The position numbers and the translations under genes were made by a program. This document shows, one piece after another, positions 58,610 through 64,000 of a stretch of DNA of 64,000 nucleotides (position 1 is its first letter; every line of letters starts with the position of its first letter). The DNA is taken from NCBI GenBank assembly GCA_964016885.1, contig OZ024742.1:128030001-128094000 (forward strand), in the 5' to 3' direction. Source of the stretch: Eledone cirrhosa. Lineage: Eukaryota. The notes below the pieces were generated by a model. That model saw only the letters and a program-made list of their open reading frames with translations, was not told the DNA's origin and ran no database searches.

Positions 58610-59085
58610 ATTCTTCATTACATCTGAATACCTTGCTTCCCTTGGCATGGATACATTAAAGCTACTATGTCTGACAACTGACTTGGTAGACACCCACAAT
58701 ATTATTAACCATCTTTCAACCCTGAGCATTCCATTTGTCTAACATGCTTACAAAATCAGAAAACAGTACAGCTCCCGTGACTTTCGGAAACATTTTTTCA
58801 TGCTGAGAGTCACTGAAGTATGGCACAAACTACCTGCATCAGTTGTTAACTGTCGAGACACTGCATCCTTCAAAACTTCCATGTTTCCTGAAATTCGCCA
58901 ACACTACACCTGATATTCCCCCTCCTTACACACGCACGCATGTATGTGTGTGTGTCTGTGTGTATATCATGACTCATAAACTGTTCACTTTCCTGACACT
59001 TGTACATTATTCTATGTATTATACATGCACCTTTGATGAGTTGTAGTGCACCTGAGCACTGTACACATTAATTTTCATTATTATC
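58610..59085 (+). mobile_element. CR1-clade LINE 3' relic
   Basis: DLVDTHNII...FFMLRVTEVWHKLPASVVNCRDTASFK; its 3' end recurs at 38343-38398. Confidence 0.72.
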
Positions 59086-59500
59086 TTAATAAACCTTGAA
59101 GTTGGAAGGGGATATATTAAAGTAATGTATTTTGCCTATGGACACAGTTACCTGTAAGAAATAGTTCATCGCCAGAGTCACTAACAAATTACCTGTCATT
59201 GTATTTGAACTGATATATTTTGAGTAAGAGATAGTTCATCACCAGAGTCACTAATCCCAACATAGAAAGCATTAAAAAAATATAAGCACTTATATAGCAA
59301 TTTTTACAACTAGGGATTATTTTTAGAAATGAGTTTGGAGACGGTTGCTTCTGATAGGACCCACTAGAAGGCAGACTTGAGGACTCTACCCCATGGCTTT
59401 TCCAGAAATAAATGGGCGAAGAAGAGTTTGAAGAATATTTTATCTTGTAAAACATACTAATGTCTGACATATAGCGTGTTGAATAGTTATTTAACATCCT

Positions 59501-60490
59501 TCATCATCATCATCACCGTTTTACGTCCGTTCTTCCACGCTAGCATGGGTTAGACGGGTTGTCCTGTTGTGGGCAGTGTCTGGTCGGCTGACCATGCCTT
59601 GCTCATACAGGAACTGATCTGGCTTGATTTCTACAGCTGGATGCCCTTCCTAACACCAACCTCATTTACAGTGAGTGCTGGGTGCTTTTTCGTGGCGCCT
59701 ACACGTCCACTTTACAGTGTGGGCTGGGTGCTTTTTTGCCGTGGCACCTCCACGACCAGCTTGCGGTGGGGGGGGGGGGGGGGGGGCATATTGTTTATAT
59801 GCTTCAGCATGTACCCATGGGAGGTCGGGTACCCTGTATTACTGCGTGACGCCAGAAGTCACGGTCGTGTGTCATTGACTTTGAGAGGTGTAGTTGGGTA
59901 AGGTCGGCTTTTATCACCTCATCCCAAGTCATCTTGGGTCTCCCCACTCCGCGGTTTCCATCAACTTCTAGTGCTCTGCACCTTTTTATGCAGCTGTCAT
60001 CCTTCATACGCATCACATGTCCATACCAGCGCAACCGCCTCTCCTGCACACAGCATTTGATTCCTCTTATGCTCAGTCTCTCTCTCAATTCCTTTATGCT
60101 TTGTCGTTCACGTATATTACTGTTACACATCCATCGGAGCATGCAGGCTTCGTTTCTCTCTAATCTACGTAAGTCTTCCACCTTCAGCGCCCAGGTCTCA
60201 CTACCATGCAACATCGCTGTTCGGATACACGCATCATACAGTCTGCCTTTCATTCTGAGGGAGAAGCCTTTTGCAGCTAGCAGTGGTAGTAGTTCCCTAA
60301 ACTTCTTCCATCCCGTTCTTACCCTAGTTATTGTACTTTCTGAGCACCCACCTCCGTTGCTAATTCGGTCACCTAGGTAGCAGAAGCTGTCTACTGTTTC
60401 TACAGGGCCCTCCCAGAGATTGGTGGTACTTGTTTCCTGTGGCTGTTTGCTTGCTGTTTCAGCACAGCTGCTGCATGTGAATCCTACATC
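59501..60490 (-). mobile_element. RTE subfamily A2 3' fragment
   Basis: Near-identical to 51935-52806. Confidence 0.93.
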
Positions 60491-60924
60491 CTTAACTAAT
60501 GATATACTAATACTGTAGGTTACTTAAGAAACAACTAATAATTACAACCTTATTGAATACTACTAAATGTATGTATAACAATAAGAAATGTTTAGTTTCA
60601 ACAACCATCTAAATAACCTGTAACAGCATAGAACTCATCACAGCTATTAACTGATAAGAGAGAGATCTGTAATAAAAATAAGAATGATAACAATAACAGC
60701 AACAATAAACAGCATGAGAAAGAGCAAAACAAATTAAGATTTATCTATATTAAAGCTGGTGTATATATCTTGTAAAAGGTCTGTCATGCTGGAAAGGGGA
60801 TGGCAAGAGTGTGTATGAGGAATTGAGAGAAAGAAGCAAGGCAGTGATGTAGAGAATAAACAGCACATTGTAAGAAATGATAAATTATTTATGGTTAATC
60901 TTGGTTTTAAATACTAATGCTTAC

Positions 60925-61023
60925 TTCTCTTGCAAATTTATGAACAACTTGTTCAGATTCGAATAAAATTGACCAGCCTTGTTTCGCTGCATCATAGAAC
61001 ATAGCATAGTTATTTGGCTGCAT
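60925..61023 (-). CDS. FKBP15: FKBP15-like exon (WH1-like domain)
   Basis: MQPNNYAMFYDAAKQGWSILFESE resembles VRPNNYSTFYDDQRQNWSIMFESE. Confidence 0.94.
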
Positions 61024-61554
61024 CTAAATAGAAAACAATAAAAGAACATCTTTGGTCGAGTTTTAACAAAGGAATTTGCTATTTAGTAAAAGTGTAAATT
61101 ATGAAAAAAACAACAACAAAAGTATCATTTATCAAAATGTCTACCATTATGTAAAGAAAACCTGGAAATATTTGTTTATTTCTGCATAGAATTCAGTTAT
61201 TTTGTGTCTTCGCATAATTCTTATACTTTTATATAGTTACATTTAAACCTTTTAAGTATTTCTATATTATGATAGATGATTCAATAAAATTATTTTTTTA
61301 AGCCTTTTGTTATTGTAATTCAAATAAATGACAACACCTATGATTTTCAAATAAAATTGAAAATAATAAAAAATTTGGAATTAATCTGATGTTTAGCACA
61401 AAACTTGAAGATCTTTTTTAGGTAACGTTAAAGTAAACAGTTTTGTATCATAAAACTAGGGACAGTTTTAGGTGCTATAGCATCAAGGGGGTTAAACATT
61501 AATTATAAATTCCAAATTAAATACATAAAAACAGAAACGCATTGATTTCCTTAC

Positions 61555-61629
61555 AGTAAATGTAAAGGTCTTGGTAATTATTACATTGGTCACATGTTTG
61601 TTCTTGGAGAGATAGAGCAGAATTTGATA
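61555..61629 (-). CDS. FKBP15: FKBP15-like exon
   Basis: YQILLYLSKNKHVTNVII resembles YRILLYISQQQPVTVARI. Confidence 0.92.
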
Positions 61630-61816
61630 CTGAAAAAAAAAAAAGATAAAATCACCATCAACATGAAAAAAGTTCACAAGGTTGATGGAATGTTTCTGAA
61701 CAACTAATTCAAAGATTAACTGAAATAGTGAAAATAAAAACTTGAATTAACAAGTTAACTAATACAGAAATGGTTAGTATTGGCTTTTGGTTTAAGAATA
61801 ACAAATGATGACACAC

Positions 61817-61886
61817 CTCTTTTTTTGAATCATTTGATATAATTGCAGCTCCTAGTTTACCTTGACTTTTGTATTCATTTCCAATG
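61817..61886 (-). CDS. FKBP15: FKBP15-like exon
   Basis: IGNEYKSQGKLGAAIISNDSKKE resembles NGQYVKQGKFGAAVLGNHTARE. Confidence 0.9.
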
Positions 61887-62195
61887 CTGAATAAAGAAGA
61901 ATATACAAATGTTTAATTTCAGTTAAGAAACTCATAATCTTAGCTATGTATTTTTAATGGTCAAAATGGTTACCTTGACTTATGTAATAGATGAGATAGA
62001 AAAATAAACATAACTTTTTGTTATTATAGAACATAATCTTCTCCTCCCAAGTTTTTCTCTTAACTGTGCTTTGTCATTCATACAACATTAAATGTTACCT
62101 ATCCAACATAGCATGCTTTCTTAATTTATTTTCAGCCTATGCAAATCATTTGCATTTAGTACATACAGCTCTCTACCAAGCAACAATACACTGAG

Positions 62196-62355
62196 TACAC
62201 AGGTGTCATACAATCTACTCGTCTTCAAACAGATAATCTGTTAGTTGCCAGATGTCATACAATCTACCCTTCCTCAAACAAAGAATCTGTTAGTTGCCAG
62301 GTGTACACAGGTGTCATACAGTCTACTCTTCCTCAGAGAATCTCTTAGTTGCCAG
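62196..62355. repeat. Three ~49-bp tandem units
   Basis: TGTCATACA(A/G)TCTAC...AATCT(G/C)TTAGTTGCCAG occurs three times. Confidence 0.8.
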
Positions 62356-62720
62356 TAGAGCATTCAGAACTTTTTCAATTGTTCTTATTCTGGCTACTAT
62401 GCTTTTAGAGTACCCCCACTCCACTGCTATATAAAAAAAACAAAACAAACTATTTTGGCTAATTAGTCAGGAATTTCATAAAATATTTATGAATAATTTG
62501 TAACCATTAATATATTTTGGAGAAGTATGCCATTATTAACAAAATAAAAAAATTACTTGTAATCTCTGTGTATCCAGAAAAAAAAGATAGATTTAAAAAG
62601 ATTTTCTCTAATTTGCCCCCTAAATTACAAATTTTAGGCTTGAAATACTTTATAGTTAATTTTTCATTAAAAAAAAAATCTAAGCAGACTTTTGAGAATA
62701 TTTGAATTAAACATACTAAC

Positions 62721-62790
62721 TATTTGAAAGCTTGAACTACACAAGCCACTGTTAAAGCAGGAGTGCTTTCTGAAGCAGCAGGTGAACTTT
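62721..62790 (-). CDS. FKBP15: FKBP15-like exon
   Basis: STPALTVACVVQAFKY resembles PTILVATAVHAYRY; phases fit. Confidence 0.87.
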
Positions 62791-62951
62791 CTATGGAAAG
62801 AGAGAAAAAAAACATGTTTAGATGATTTAGCAAATTGATGGAATACATCTATGATAATCAACATTATTAGTAGATTGTAATCTACAAATTAACAAATATA
62901 TTTCTTCACATTGAGTAATTCTACAAAGATAAGATAAAACTGGTAACTAAC

Positions 62952-63046
62952 CTTTTTTGGGTTGTTTTGGAGCTGTGTACGTGAGGCTTTCATTTCCTCC
63001 CTTATTTGATTGTTTATCAATATCAAATAAGTTTGCCAATTTAGAT
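62952..63046 (-). CDS. FKBP15: FKBP15-like exon (probably exon 2)
   Basis: SKLANLFD...GNESLTYTAPKQPKK resembles ARLASLFG...GNEFFQYTAPKQPKK. Confidence 0.93.
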
Positions 63047-63271
63047 CTGTAATAAAAATAAGAATGATAACAATGACAGATATAGCATAAGAAAGAGCAA
63101 AACAAATTAACAATTATCTATATTAAAGCTGGTGTATATATCTTGTAAAAAGTCTGTCATGCTCGAAAGGGGATAGTGAAAGAGAGGAGACAGGATAGTC
63201 ACAGTTGGAATACCTTTGATTATAGGTATGCATAATCAGATATTACATGAGGTTACAGAAATTTCAGTAAT

Positions 63272-63704
63272 AATTGTTTCTACTTTTGGCATTACTGGTA
63301 CTTTATTTTATCGACCTCATAAGGATGAAAAGCAAAGCTAACCTTGGTGGGATTTGAACTCAGAATGGAAAAGGCTGTAACTCTATGTGTCAAAGCATGG
63401 CGTCCGACCCTCTACTGATACTGCCAATCCAATGGCAGAGAGAGAAATGGGAATGGTAGTCACAGCTAGAAAAGGACCACAAAAGGGAAGAGTATTCTCA
63501 TTGCTGTTGCAAGCCAGACAACATTAATGGCAGTATCGGTAGAGGGTTGGACGCCATGCTTTCTAGCATAGTTACGTCCCTTTACAGTCTGAGTTCAAAT
63601 CCCGCCGAGGTTAACTTTGCCTTTCATCCTTACGTTGTCGATAAAATAAAGTACCAGTAATGTACTGGGTAATTGCTGGCCTTGTGCCTAAAGTAGAAAC
63701 AATT
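63272..63704. mobile_element. Head-to-head pair of tRNA-SINEs (63272-63430 minus, 63528-63704 plus)
   Basis: Mutually inverted copies of the SINE at 49950-50128. Confidence 0.85.
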
Positions 63705-64000
63705 AATCTTCTAATAAATGATCAACAAGATCTGACCTCATTGGCTTACTGTATGGGGTGGAACTCGTCAAATTGGACTAAGGAAAGAACATTCCCATTG
63801 TTGATACTATCTACCAGGTGCAACTCCTGGTAGAAAGAATAATGTGAAATAAAATGTCTTGCTCAAGGACATAACACATCTCTCAATCCGGGAATCGAAC
63901 TCACAATTACAAATCCAATTCTCTAACAACTAAGTCTTGTGCCTTCACAATTTACATGCCATGTAAAATAAACAATAACAGCAACAGTAGCAAGAGAAAT

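Noticed and set aside
61859-61886. 26-nt micro-exon using AAG|GTAAAC at 61860
   Set aside because: FKBP15 homology continues through GKLGAAI to the donor at 61816, which also gives the right phase

Overview
AT-rich, repeat-dense animal genomic DNA, most likely a coleoid cephalopod such as Octopus. This is inferred from Ceph-domain RTE/SINE motifs and giant (TA)n/(TACA)n arrays. The right half holds 14 phase-consistent minus-strand exons (63046 to 34210, 493 codons) of an FKBP15 orthologue. Its first exon lies beyond the window, and I found no further downstream exon in 1-34209. The left ~24 kb is a TA-microsatellite field with a cluster of young 5'-truncated RTE LINEs, followed by a degraded second RTE family and a Tx1/L1-clade LINE. 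The introns also contain a mariner relic, CR1 and RTE relics, tRNA-SINEs, MITEs and minisatellites. Nearly all Y/I/C/M-rich ORFs in the supplied track are microsatellite artefacts. The main unexpected signal is four type-I hammerhead ribozyme (HHR) motifs. Two of them (24245-24680 minus, 35502-36053 plus) are diverged copies of one non-coding ~420-nt element. It shows compensatory covariation in its helices, a conserved octamer, an internal microsatellite and terminal redundancy at the same period, which fits a retrozyme-like (circular RNA) family. A third HHR sits inside a 351-bp TGT...ACA element with perfect 90-bp inverted repeats. All RNA structures were derived by eye; activity and novelty are untested.
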